A stretch of 64,000 nt of DNA, taken from contig NC_134025.1 in assembly GCF_964204645.1 (NCBI RefSeq), positions 5,394,001 through 5,458,000 on the forward strand. Direction: 5' to 3'. Below are positions 1-12,522 of the stretch, piece after piece (positions within the stretch are counted from its first letter, which is position 1; the number at the start of each line of letters is the position of its first letter). Origin of the DNA: Tubulanus polymorphus. Lineage: Eukaryota > Animalia > Nemertea. The position numbers and the translations under genes were made by a program. Under the pieces are notes generated by a model. That model ran no database searches. It was not told the origin of the DNA and saw nothing but the letters and a program-made list of their open reading frames with translations.

Positions 1-3000
1 ATATTTTATGCGGGGAAATGACCTGCAAAAGAGTTAGACAAACATGGCTTGAACAGCGATGAAATATGCTATCCAGTAACCTTTTTAACCCTGTAAGTGG
101 TTCGTCTAATAGTAAAGAGAATCTGTCATATAGTGTTGGAGCAACATTACTGAAATTGCGTAGTCAGGCGGTGACCCCGTCATCACCAGCCTCCAAAGAC
201 AGATCGAAGAGCCACTTGCTTATGAAAAGATGATAGATGTCAACAACGCGATAATGAAGGAAAGTTAACTCCATTATCATACAGCAAATATGATTTAAAA
301 AATCTTGAAAGGAACATGAAACATCAGGCCTTATGCCGACGCATGAATTCTATCAAATAGGAGAAGTTTATGTACTGACTAACACCTCGCCGATGATCAA
401 TCCATGGGGGTTATTCGCCGAGTATACGCATGCGTAATATGGGCCGTCAAATGGCAGTCACCCATTTGGTGCTCCAGACGGTACAAATATGACACGCCGT
501 GACGTCACGCGAATAGCTAGGACTGAATTTAACGTGATTGTACAGGGTGGGCTGGTAGTATAGAATAATTGCCACTTGTTCGAACAAGACTAGTGACAGT
601 GATAGAAAATAGTTTAGACGCGGGTGTCCGCAGATGAATAGTGATTGATGATTACATAGAGAATTGGGACATGATTAGCTTGTATCTCATTAAGATAGGC
701 CTATCATTAAGATCGCGCTTTATGGCCGATTACCCCCGCAGATTCTTCAGTCGGGCCATTTATTTGAAAACTGTGCAGCACCAACAACCGCGTGGCCAAC
801 CAATAAATACATCCGATGTATCGCATCGAAGTCCCGAGGCAGTGCGAGATTGGAAGAAGACTGTTTGATTATTAGTAGTTTCTTAAGTCGTCGGTAGCGT
901 TTGGGGGTCGTATTTTTACCGGCCCACACACATGATAGCAAACAATGCGGTTTCTGAGGGCAATATCGAAGCTAAGTGGCTTCACTTGTCTATGATGGAG
1001 AATACAGACCAATAATAAACAAAATACATGGACGAAGAGGCCTATAATTTAGCGCATTGGACATGCGAAGTAACATCTTCCTTGTCGAAAACCTAATTTT
1101 GTATAATCTTGATAACAATTTAAAACGTGTTAAAAGTGTTTACAAAAAAATTTGTTTTTGATAAAGAACATGATAAAAACAGAAACGTAATACTGTAAGC
1201 CTACGTTACATTTTGTTGTACACCAAATGGTCAAATAGAACTAAACATTTACGTAAGATCTGTTATATCAATTGATATATACTCTAATTTGTTAGTCTTA
1301 GAATTGTGATACAAACCTTGATCTGAATTGAATATTTTCGAAAATCCAGTTAGAATCCATAGACAAATATTTAAACGGTGATATATTCCATTTCGAATAC
1401 GCTGTATATATGTAAATGCACGCAGATGACTCAAGTATAAAATTTCAGTAAAACTTTCCGTACTGGGTAACGATCTGTGTCGACAAGTGTTGCACGCTAT
1501 ATGATTTATTAAACGAAGCGTGAAGAAAGCAGTACCAAATCAAATGACCGACGTTTCAACAGTGCGCGCATTGATAAAAGGACAGGGGGGTCATCTGTAT
1601 TGTAATTTTTATGGACTAGTTGGTCGCGAGCAATAGCGACCCTCGCTGGAAATCTGTACAACAAAAATGACAATAGCAAAATGCACAGTTGCTACTGATA
1701 GCTGGCCAATTCGTAATCATTACATCGTCAGCGCAGCTCGTCGACTCGACAACGAACTTAAAACTGAATAGCATTCCACGTACTTCAGATTTTGAAAAAA
1801 TCGCGTTTAATCAAAAGCTAATGTGGGGTTGTGTCTATTTATCTTCGCATGAATACATCTATGAGATGCTTTGAGTCAAGCGATTTCAGTCAATATGTCT
1901 CGTGTTTTTGCCCAACTTAATCCGATGCGAAAATAGCGCGTCGAAGAAAACGTTTGAAAAGAAGTTCCCGCGAAAATAATACGAATGCGCTCCTATTTCT
2001 AAGAAAACTTGTGCATAATACGTAGTTTTCGCCGCAGATTAGTATGCTTTCGTTTATTCTCATGCCGGATTATAAGCGACATCTTATCGGGACTAATTAT
2101 TTTCGTATTGTCTCTTCTGGATAGAGTGCCCACTCGGGAGAGGAACGGAACATTTACGCATATAGATATCATTTAACCATATGTACAAATTTAGCAATAC
2201 ATTATTAATTAACTAATTGTTACGGTTTCCTACGTAACGTAGTATATGACACCATATGGTCGATAGATGAAATATTGAAACAAATCGAATCAAATACATC
2301 GATAGATTAATAACGACAAAGATATACATACTTAATGAATAAAATCCTCTAAATCAAATCTATTGTGTAATGATTATGCATTTTGAAATTCCGCAGCTCT
2401 AGACACTGTAGCCACGCGGTTATCGTCATTCTCTCGCACCCTTTATCAATATCCTAACTAATTGAATCATGTTTTATAATCAATTACCCATGAAAGTTAC
2501 CAGAAATTAGCAAATTGGAGACTTAATTAAGTTTGGACTTGTTTGTAATTTCCAATGTTCGTTTATGCGTTTATAGTCCAACTCTGCCATACGTTACACG
2601 AGGCTTAGATCCATTTACTGTAGCTGTCAGCAGCTAATAAACTCACAAAATTGGTCTGGCAATTTAGCGCGTTTGCTTTTGTTTTATGGTCATTATTAGC
2701 TCGGCGCCGTATACGATAAAAAAACTCGTCATTATTTGATAGATAAGATGAAATATTATTGGCATAATTAGTCGCTTTTACTTCGAGTTTGAACACGGAT
2801 GAATGAACCACCAACACTTTAGTTTAGTTACGTCCATGGATTGAATTTAATAAATTCGCGCGTCTGCGATTTCTCGCTGCGAGCGCCGTGAGTTTAAGAT
2901 GCATTTTGAATGAATTTATACAGCTGCGTCAATTGTAAATTTTCACAAATATTCACCGAACAATGTCGATAAAAACGAATATCAGAATTGCGCAAAATTC

Positions 3001-4579
3001 ATGAGTGGAATTTGCGCATTTCATTAAAATAAGATATAAGGTAATTGAACTGAACGGTTAATGCTACACACACAAGTGAACGGAATTATCTTGTTTACAC
3101 GCGGGTACGATATCATTGCAGAACCCGAGGCACTATTTTTATATAAAACGAGACAAAAAGGCTCTTTCTTTGATATAGGCGCAATATTTATATATTTTAC
3201 ATCATCCCAATGCGCAACTTCAATCATGACATCGTCATTGCCAATCCATACCTTGGGTTACTGTAAGTAGTGATAAAAATTGGGGGTAAGTAAATTAAGG
3301 GATTAAATAAAATATTTAAGAATTCTAGCAAAAATATACATTGAAATACTTACGTACCTAATGAGATCGAATGCAAAGGACTCAATGTCACTTAATGAAA
3401 TATTGCTACTTTGTTTACTACACATTTCATTAAATCCGTAAACAGAACGATACTACGGATCCGTGTCATCATGTTGTGTCGTAAAATAAATCCTCGAATA
3501 GATAGATTCTCAAGCTCGTCTGTTCGGCACGAGCTGTGACGGCAACTGTCTCCCCGTACGGTTGGTTCAACGCGACACGCAAGAAGATAAGAAGCTCTAT
3601 CTTTCTTACTCATTAATCACCACCCGAGTCGCGCATACAACAGTAGTCTAACCGCAATATTGGCTATTGTGTACAGCCACAGATGTTCGAGGTATGCGTC
3701 GGTTGTTCGCAGTTTTACCGGCGCACGGATCTTGTAAATTCATTGCTCATCTAGTATTGACATAATGGGAAGGACCGAGCCGTCCATCGATGATCAATTT
3801 ACCATAACTTGCCTCGTGAGTCAAGACGGATACAGCCAATTTCTGTCAACGTACTGCACTCCTTTGTTTACGGCTTGTGATTTTCAGGCCCTGCTGGGGC
3901 AAACTGAGATAAACCCTACTACTCAAAACAGTTTGAAATATTATGAGACTAAAAATAACGCACCTCATTTATTATCATCATAAAACAATATGAAAGATCA
4001 CGTCAATTATGAAACAATGCATACGAAACCACGGGAAATGTGTAAACAACACTGCTGATTAAACACTGGAAATTGCATACGTACAAGTCCGTTACACGTC
4101 AATCGTACAAAAAACTATTTCAAAATAATATCATAAAATATACGTTTACAACTCCTAATAATAAATCATCAATCAGGAAACTTAGATCTATAATAGAAAT
4201 ATGTGGTCAACTTTTAAACGCTTTCATGCGACCCTCATGTGCAGCGTAACGGACTATTATGATAAACACCACATGTTACTGCAAATGGGTGCGACAGGTT
4301 TTTCAAAATATGTACTACACTTTAACAAACAAAAGGTTAAATTCTACTGTCTGCATTAATCAGTTAATTTCATAGACCGGCTTTAACTTCAAACTTCAAA
4401 GAGCACCTCTAAATTCAACGTTTATTGCTATGGAAACGATAGCAGGACCCAGTACCACAGTTGTGAATTAGAGTTAGTTCATTTGCAACGTTCTAACCCG
4501 GAACCAAATCCTTACTCGGAACTGTGGAACTGAGTCCCAGTAATTCTAGATGGTTGGTTGACTACCACTCCATCTATAT

Positions 4580-7041
4580 CTATTGCAATTGTTGGTAAAT
4601 GGACGAATCTTGAGAAATCTCTACTTTGTAAATCTGGCCATTGATCTTCAAAAGATCGCCAGATGAGATATCATGAATGTCCGTTTCGATTATAGTTATC
4701 GGTTCACTATCGAACTGTGAAGGAGACTCTCTACTGCTGGATACTGACTCGAGACCTTTCACAGCTGCAGCCGTATCGTCAACTATCATCGAAACAGTTT
4801 CCCTACAAGAATCGCCAAAGGCTTTAAGTACTTTACCATCATCGGCAGTTCCAGTCTCTGAATTACTCATTGTTTTTGCTTTAAAGATTGTTAACTCTTC
4901 ATTTGTGTTGGAACATGACCGGGACTTATGATTTCGCATGTGCGTGCACAAGTTCTGCTTTTTTTTCGTCACGAAATCGCAAACAATGCACTTATAATCG
5001 GAAGAAATGCCCGACTGCTGATAGTTATGCTGTCCTTCTAAATGTTTATACAAATTAATCAATTTATGAAATTTCATCGCGCATAAATTACAATGAAAGC
5101 ATTTCATTTTGTTAGAGTAGTCAGATCGAACATAGCTTTTCTTCTTGGTTTGAACATTTGTTTCTATATCTGACGCGGTACTTGCATAAGTAACACTATC
5201 TGAATTGAAATCTGGGTTGGTAGTACTAAAAGGCACATCATGCGTTGATGTACCATTTGTTGGATATGATATTTCTAAATCCTTATTTGATGCATCATCT
5301 ATTTTAGGTTGTTGGGAATCCGTTTGAAAAACTTTTGTTTGTTCATCAATATTGTGCACATCGCTACTGACACAAATTGACAATTCTGAAGTACCAGTAC
5401 CGGTAGTTCCAACATTTTCACAGTTTTTATGACGTGTTTTTACATGGCGAGTTAAGTGTTCTTTTTGCGATGCTTTATAGCTACAATAAGCGCATTCGAA
5501 TGCTCGCTCTTTGGTATGAACAACTGCATGACGCTTCAAACGACTCGCGCAATCAGTTACAAAACTACACTTTTCACAAAACAGTTTCAATTCGGGTCCT
5601 TTTGCGTGAAATTTCATGTGTTGTTTCAGATCTTTCTTATGTGTTGTTTTGAACGCGCAATTTATTTTCGGGCACTGCATTTCCACAGATGGTTCTGAAG
5701 TTGAATTCACGTCCGCGTGCTTCCGTTTCATGTGACTACGAAGATCATAAAGTTCACTTGCACATATGTAATCGCACAGAGGGCATTTGATCTTTTTTTC
5801 CTGAAAGAGTAAATTAAATGCTTAAACAGAGCAAGAATTATAGCAATATATCGTAGTTCAGGGAACATTATAAATTTGTCTTACATCGATCAAGCTATAG
5901 CAAATTTTTCCCAAAAAAAAGATATGTTTTACCTTGTGTTTGTACTGAATATGTCGATTCAGGTGGACCTTCTGACGAAATTTTTGTTCACAAAATTTGC
6001 ATATATGTGGACGTTCATCAGTGTGCGTGATCATGTGTCTTTTCAGATTACTGTTTGTTGTTGTACTAAAATCACAAACAGTGCAGGAGTATGGCTTCCA
6101 TCCTGAAATATCATAAATCAAACATTATTAATCAATTATATCAATCAAACACTCTCTTTTATAAAACATATAACAGCTTTGACAAATCCTTATATCCAGC
6201 TATGGGCATACATAAGTCAATTAACCCTTTCAGAGCTGACTAATTAATACCCTTAGTGCTGGAGATAATCTAAAAGTTTTGGAAGATTCAACCCTTGTGT
6301 GTTGAATTACGGGAATACCACTAAAGTGCGTCTACACCACAGTGCAGTGTATCGTTAGATACTTATATTTCATTAATGTTTGACAGGTGCTGCCATCTTT
6401 CATTAGAGATAAAAACTAATTACTAATTACATCAATACACTGCAGTGCGGTGTACTAGCAAAATCCATCACCGATTTATACACCGCACTGCGGTGTAGAC
6501 GCACTGAAAGGGTTAATGTACAGGCTTTAAATGAAAAATATTTGTTTCTTAAGATTCTGTTACTAAGAAACAGAATTAGGGTATCCATGTAAATTATTTT
6601 GCAAAAAAGAAACTTATCATTTACCATTGTGCAATTTCTGATGTTTATGGAAATTTGTCTGTTTTTCTGTTTTGTAAGAACAATTATTCTGCGGACATTC
6701 AAGAACTTTTTTGCTGTAATTATGATGGCTTGGCACTAATTTGTTGCCTTCTGGAATGGAGTCAGTAGACTGTATAATGGAACCACATTCACCAGATTCA
6801 GCGCCATGTCCATTAAATATTAGGCCTATTTCCAAGAGTTGAACTGGCTATAAGAATAATAAGTAAGATTAATAGACAAATGAATAGTTCTTTGTATGGT
6901 GCTTTTTTGTCTCGAATAACTTACATTTGAGTTAACAACTTCACTTGTACCATCACGAAGAATCCTGACTACCGTGGCGAGTGGCTCTTGTTCTTGATGA
7001 ACTGTTTCTGATACATCCATAGAATTTGCATGACAATGCAT
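4580..7041 (-). CDS. C2H2 zinc-finger transcription factor, about 9 fingers; coding exons 7041-6925, 6847-6625, 6102-5933, 5800-4580
   Basis: GT-AG junctions join in frame (phases 0,1,0). Fingers include CTVCDFSTTTNSNLKRHMITH, CKFCEQKFRQKVHLNRHIQYKH and CAYCSYKASQKEHLTRHVKTRH with HTDERP/HTKERA linkers. Start is ATG 7041 or 7020. Probable non-coding first exon about 7329-7440 (donor GTAAG on - strand). Orthology not assignable. Confidence 0.88.
6225..6512. mobile_element. piggyBac-like MITE (288 bp) in a ZnF intron
   Basis: TTAA on both sides (6221-6224, 6513-6516). Termini CCCTTTCAGAGC / GCACTGAAAGGG (11 of 12 inverted match). An extra internal inverted copy of the right subterminal sequence (AGTGCGTCTACACC...) lies at about 6325-6352. 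Confidence 0.8.
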
Positions 7042-7587
7042 TGATCTTAAAACATACAATTGTAAATTAAGAAAACTTTCCTTAGATTTCTTTTTATATA
7101 TAGTACCTAGAATACTGGGGTCAACTTTTTTGTATCAGGTCCCTGTGGATACGTTTCAAGCATTAATAAGGTTTTTTGGGTTGGAGGAAATTGAATTTTT
7201 TTGTGTTACTTATCTTTGATTCCATCTAACACAGTAGGTAACTTGATTGAGGGCCAATCCCCAGGCCTGATACACTGGGGTGAGATTTAAAAAATAAGAT
7301 TTAGCAACAGCTTCACAGTAATTCTTACCCTAGAAGCTGAAGTGTCAAGTTGACCCAAGTTGACAGGGAAGACCAACGCAACGACCGTGAGCAGAACGAT
7401 TCACCACCGCCCGTCCAGCTGATTATTCTCCCATTGAAATTTTCGGAGCTATCCGTCTTCCACAATTCGATTCAATTCAATTATTCTTTATTGTTCCACA
7501 TGAGCCGGCGGGGTATTCTAGGCGGCGTTGTCGGAGGTTATCAGCTGTGGCGACATATGACATGCATGATTGCACGAAACAGGTTAA

Positions 7588-7662
7588 ACTGCAGCTATGC
7601 AGCATGTCCCGTGAGAGGACCTGGGGCCTGTGACGGGACAAGGATGTCCCGTCACAGGTCCC
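7588..7662 (+). repeat. Left TIR with subterminal hairpin
   Basis: Three copies of TGTCCCGT(G/C)A(G/C)AGG. 7627-7640 and 7645-7658 form a perfect 14-bp stem with a 4-nt loop. Confidence 0.85.
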
Positions 7663-8053
7663 GATGGAAAATGAAAACTTTGCATTTCGTAGACGAAATG
7701 TCGAAAGAAACTGCACTCGATTGGTTACTATGTACACTCAAAATAATGTTAAGAACATGTTAATAATCGAAATTTGTTCGTAATTTTATTATTTCAGATC
7801 AATGATATCATCAAATCGAAACATTAAATGTAATAATGAAGATCGGATCAAGAGAAGACAGAACCACAGCTATCGAAATTTCAATTTTTAGTGTATAGAC
7901 TGACTCATACTATCGAAAATAAAGTGAATGTATCTTGACAATTTTGGTGCCAATGGTGTTAGTAACCGTTTGTTAAGCGTTACACTGCAAACAAAAGTAA
8001 AAGTGGAGGGGGCAACTTAATGGCCCTAGATCACTCTCGAGAGAGAATTCAAA

Positions 8054-9857
8054 GTGAGGGACCCGATTCAACACACTGTCCCGTGAGAAGACCCGATTCA
8101 ACTTACTGTCCCGTGAGAGGACCCGATTTCAAATACTGTCCCGTGAGAGGACCCGATTTAACACACTGTCCCGTGAGAGGGCCCAGTTTCAAATAATGTC
8201 CCGTGAGAGGGACCGATTCAACACACTGTCCCGTGAGGGGACCCGATTTTAAATGCTGTCCCGTGAGAGGACCCGGTTCAACACACTGTTCCGTGAGAGG
8301 GCCCGATTTTAAATACTGTCCCGTGAGAGGATCCGATTTTGAATACTGTCCCGTGATAGGGCCCGGTTTCAAATAATGTCCCGTGAGAGGGCCCGATTCA
8401 ACACACTGTCCCGTGAGAGGACCCGATTTTAAATACTGTCCCGTGAGAGGACCCGATTTTGAATACTGTCCCGTGAGAGGGCCCGGTTTCAAATAATGTC
8501 CCGTGAGAGGGCCCGATTCAACACACTGTCCCGTGAGAGGGCTCGATTTTAAATAATGTCCCGTGAGAGGACCCGATTCAACACACTGTCCCGTGAGAGG
8601 GTCCGGTTTTAAATACTGTCCCGTGAGATGACCCGAATCAACTTGCTGTCCCGTGAGAGGACCCGGTTCAACACACTGTCCCGTGAGAGGGCCCGATTTT
8701 AAATAATGTCCCGTGAGAGGACCCGATTCAACACACTGTCCCGTGAGAGGACCCGATTTTAAATACTGTCCCGTGAGAGGACCCGGTTCAACACACTGTT
8801 CCGTGAGAGGGCCCGATTTTAAATACTGTCCCGTGAGAGGATCCGATTTTGAATACTGTCCCGTGATAGGGCCCGGTTTCAAATAATGTCCCGTGAGAGG
8901 GCCCGATTCAACACACTGTCCCGTGAGAGGGCCCGATTTTAAATACTGTCCCGTGAGAGGACCCGATTTTGAATACTGTCCCGTGAGAGGGCCCAGTTTC
9001 AAATAATGTCCCGTGAGAGGGCCCGATTCAACACACTGTCCCGTGAGAGGACCCGATTTTAAATACTGTCCCGTGAGAGGACCCGATTTTGAATACTGTC
9101 CCGTGAGAGGGCCCGGTTTCAAATAATGTCCCGTGAGAGGGCCCGATTCAACACACTGTCCCGTGAGAGGGCCCGATTTTAAATAATGTCCCGTGAGAGG
9201 ACCCGATTCAACACACTGTCCCGTGAGAGGGTCCGGTTTTAAATACTGTCCCGTGAGATGACCCGAATCAACTTGCTGTCCCGTGAGAGGACCCGGTTCA
9301 ACACACTGTCCCGTGAGAGGGCCCGATTTTAAATAATGTCCCGTGAGAGGACCCGATTCAACACACTGTCCCGTGAGAGGACCCGATTTTAAATACTGTC
9401 CCGTTAGAGGACCCGGTTCAACACACTCTCCCGTGAGAGGACCCTATTTTAAATACTCTCCCGCGAAGGAACCCGATTTTAAATACTGTCCCGCGAGAGG
9501 GCCCGATTCAACACACTGTCCCGTGAGAGGACCCGGTTTCAAATAATGTCCCGCGAGAGGGCCCGTATCAACACACTGTCCCGTGAGAGGACTCGATTTT
9601 AAATACTGTCCCGTGAGAAGACCCGAATCAACTTGCTGTCCCGTGAGAGGGCCCGGTTTCAAATAATGTCCCGTGAGAGGGCCCGATTCAACACACTGTC
9701 CCGTGAGAGGACCCGATTTCTAATACTGTCCCGTGAGAGGACCCGAATCAACTTGCTGTCCCATGAGAGGACCCGGTTTCAAATAATGTCCCGTGAGAGG
9801 ACCCGATTCAACACACTGTCCCGTGAGAGGACCCGATTCAACACACTGTCCCGTGAG
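8054..9857 (+). repeat. Left 30-bp minisatellite array, about 60 units
   Basis: Consensus ACACACTGTC/AAATACTGTC CCGTGAGAGG ACCCGATTCA/ACCCGATTTT. Variant blocks recur at 510-bp (8351 and 8861) and 630-bp (8621 and 9251) spacing. Confidence 0.98.
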
Positions 9858-10290
9858 CCAAAAGTTGTTGAATGAGTATCTTTATGACAAATAGTGAATA
9901 TTGGTGGAATATTTCTCTATTTTGATTTGTAGGTGTCCGGCGAACGACAGGACCAAGACGATGACGTGGGCGATGATATTTCAAACGTGAGTCAAAAGTT
10001 GTTGAATAAATATCTTTATGACAAATAGTGAATATTGGTGGAATATTTCTCTATTTTGATTTATAGGTATCCGGCGAACGACAGGACCAAGACGACGACG
10101 TGGACGATGATATTTCAAACGTGAGTCAAAAGTTGTTGAACGAAAAGTTGTTGAATAAATATCTTTATGACAAATAGTGAATATTGGTGGAATATTTCTC
10201 TATTTTGATTTATAGGTGTCCGGCGAACGACAGGACCAAGACGATGACGTGGGCGATGATATTTCAAACGTGAGCCAAAAGTTGTTGCAT
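9853..10290 (+). repeat. Three tandem intron+exon units (134-149 bp), each with a 54-nt phase-0 exon
   Basis: Exons 9933-9986, 10067-10120 and 10216-10269 encode VSGERQDQDDDV(G/D)DDISN. Each is flanked by TAG and GTGAG, with near-identical introns. Confidence 0.9.
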
Positions 10291-12522
10291 GAAAACTTCA
10301 ATGTACAATATGAAAAAATGATCAAATATTGAAAAAAAATATATTTTACTGTATGAAATTACAGGTGTCCGCAGAAGACGGCTGGCTTAGATTGTATGAC
10401 GACGTCTTTGATATACAAAATCTCACCGAGGCAGAACAGATTAAAATCAGTATGAAGTTATCACTCAAAGAGTCACATCTCCGTCAGAGTGCAGAGAAAA
10501 GGCTTCAATCTCTAGTTTCCGAATCCAATCTGAATATTGTGTCGGTCGCGGATGACGGAAGCTGCTTTTTTTGCAGCTGTTGTCGAACAATTGAGGCGAG
10601 AAAACGTTGACATAACAGCACATGAGCTACGATTAATGGCTGTTTCATACCTTTCTGAAAATAGGTATTGCGCTGTAAGTAAATTAAAAACCCATTGATA
10701 TATCAAGACAGCACTACAATAAATATTATATACACATATTATGGTTTGCTTCGCTGGATGGGGCTGATAAGGCCGACTTTCTGGAGTCTCATCTGACATG
10801 GCCATTATATCTTAATAAAATGAGACAAAGAACCACCTGGGCCGATGCTTTAGTTGTCCGTGCCACAGCTGACTGTTAAGGGAGACCAATGGTACTATAT
10901 ACCAGTTCAGAGCAGTCAAACATCAATATGATAGATCCTGTCGAATGTAAAAATGCTGAACCCATCTTACTAGGGCATATTCAAGATATTCACTACGTTG
11001 CCCTAGTAAAAAGGAGCTATATCCCAAGACGACGCGTGTCAGTCGAGAGTGTCAGAGGGTAACCTTGCGGCCTAACCCACGGAAGACGGTAAGTTGATAG
11101 TATATGCCACCCCTTCTGACTATTTGGCAAAAATAATACAGCCATCAGAAGCCTTGTTCATGTCAGCTAAGGGTTAATTAATTGAATTTCATAGCGTCAA
11201 AGTGACAGTTACCTCTGAGAACCGCAGAAAAAAAGAAGACGGGTTGTCGATAAAGGAATCTACTGCGTTTGCAAGAAACCAGATGATGGAAGGTAAAGCT
11301 TAATTATATCATATAAGATCAGGCTGTTGTTTTAAGATTCAGTCGTCATTGTCGAAAAAATCTTTTACCTTCACTTTCACTTTCACTTACCTTCACTTTC
11401 AAAATTTTCTGCATTTGCATTTTAGGAAGTATTTGCAATGCGATGAATGTAGTGGGTGGTTCCATCCGAAATGTATTGGTCTGAACGAAGATACTGTGGA
11501 GAAAATTGACTATAGATGCGAAACGTGTTTTCAGGTAAGCGATGAACTAAAAAAATATTTTGATCAAATAAGCTATGCCTATATCCTTGCTATGCTATCC
11601 TTTTATACAATGTGATTGCATTCTTTTTATATAGGTACCTAAACGATTCATTAAGAGTCAGGTATGGAATCCGATACATAATGCATACGAAACTCTTGCC
11701 ATTTTCCACTAGAAAGTAATGAATCAAATGTTTTTCTTTTCGCAACTTGGCGCGGTTGAATATCACGTTTCTCGTATAATTAATGCCGAGATAAAAGACA
11801 AGTCTCACCAGTTTGTTGAATTTTTCAAACTTTTGTTGATAATATACAATCTTTGGTTTCAGAAGGCCGGAATTCAGGAGACATTTGGACTTGATTAACA
11901 AAGACCATGAAAGAGCCGAAAAAGAACTGAAAGGATATGGCTATGGGCTTTTAACTGATGGGGTAAGCATTGATAACAGAAAATATGAAATGCGTACAAA
12001 TAAATGAGCTTTCTTTCGATCATCGTAATATTCAATATTTTAAAGGGCCATGCATATCTCTATAGTGTAATGAAATCATACGTCAGCCCTACCTTTGCGG
12101 ACAAATCGTAAGTATATACATGAATCAGACGTGAAGTTTTTTTACTATATTTCGAAATAATAATCAATTCATTTCAATTACAGGAAACCATATTCAACTC
12201 GCTACATGACCCTCCGACAACATCATTCTAAAATGCTGAATTCAGTTTTTAAAGAAGGAAAGACGTAAGTTCATTCTCATCTTCTACTGCTAATTTCTTA
12301 AAAGAATTTCATCCATGTTATATTCATTGTATTTAAATATTTTTCAGGTCAGCAGTAACGTATGTTAATGACGTTTTGCTTAAAGAGGCCATTTGTTTAT
12401 TGGTGTCAACCTACCGAAATATCACATACAACGAGGCTGATATTCTTGGAAGAAGAACAGAGGCCAAAAAACTAAAAGATGTACAACGACTTATGTCCAA
12501 ATACTTCTTGCCAGATTATTGA
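9933..12522 (+). pseudogene. 5'-truncated spliced cargo gene: UIM - OTU deubiquitinase - PHD finger - PWWP3A/MUM1 C-terminal-like domain
   Basis: UIM-like LTEAEQIKISMKLSLKES. OTU motifs VADDGSCFFAAVVEQL...HELRLMAVSYL, WPLYLNKMRQRTTWAD and ILLGHIQDIHYVAL. PHD YCVCKKPDDGRKYLQCDECSGWFHPKCIG...YRCETC (11261-11534, split by an intron). Last exon YVNDVLLKEAICLLVSTYRNITYNEAD, stop 12520-12522. Lesions: T7 frameshift 10566-10572, TAA 10877, TAA 11060, TGA 11216, no canonical acceptor near 10757. Confidence 0.85.

Noticed and set aside
1-4500. Short ORFs, a CRE-like GTGACGTCAC near 499 and a partial X-box near 4424
   Set aside because: No recognisable protein or splice chain; isolated motifs without a gene start are not supportable.
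7350-7763. 137-aa ORF, and ATG 7500 as an interrupted YRDC exon 1
   Set aside because: The ORF crosses the element boundary. On the reconstructed empty site the ATG 7500 frame stops (..KYIEKC*) out of frame with YRDC.
7664-7900. Short reading frames inside the left end faintly resembling a CARD/death-fold start
   Set aside because: The frames do not join cleanly and the similarity is too weak to support.
8103-9122. 339-aa minus-strand ORF (GPLTGQ repeats) and the CPVRGP ORFs at 13314-16727
   Set aside because: These are translations of the 30-bp minisatellite. They have alternative starts, stops in variant units and frameshifting single-base deletions near 16281 and 16370.
10566-10572. T7 run as a programmed frameshift, or as a lone sequencing error in an intact gene
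   Set aside because: Independent in-frame stops (10877, 11060, 11216) and a missing acceptor show real decay.
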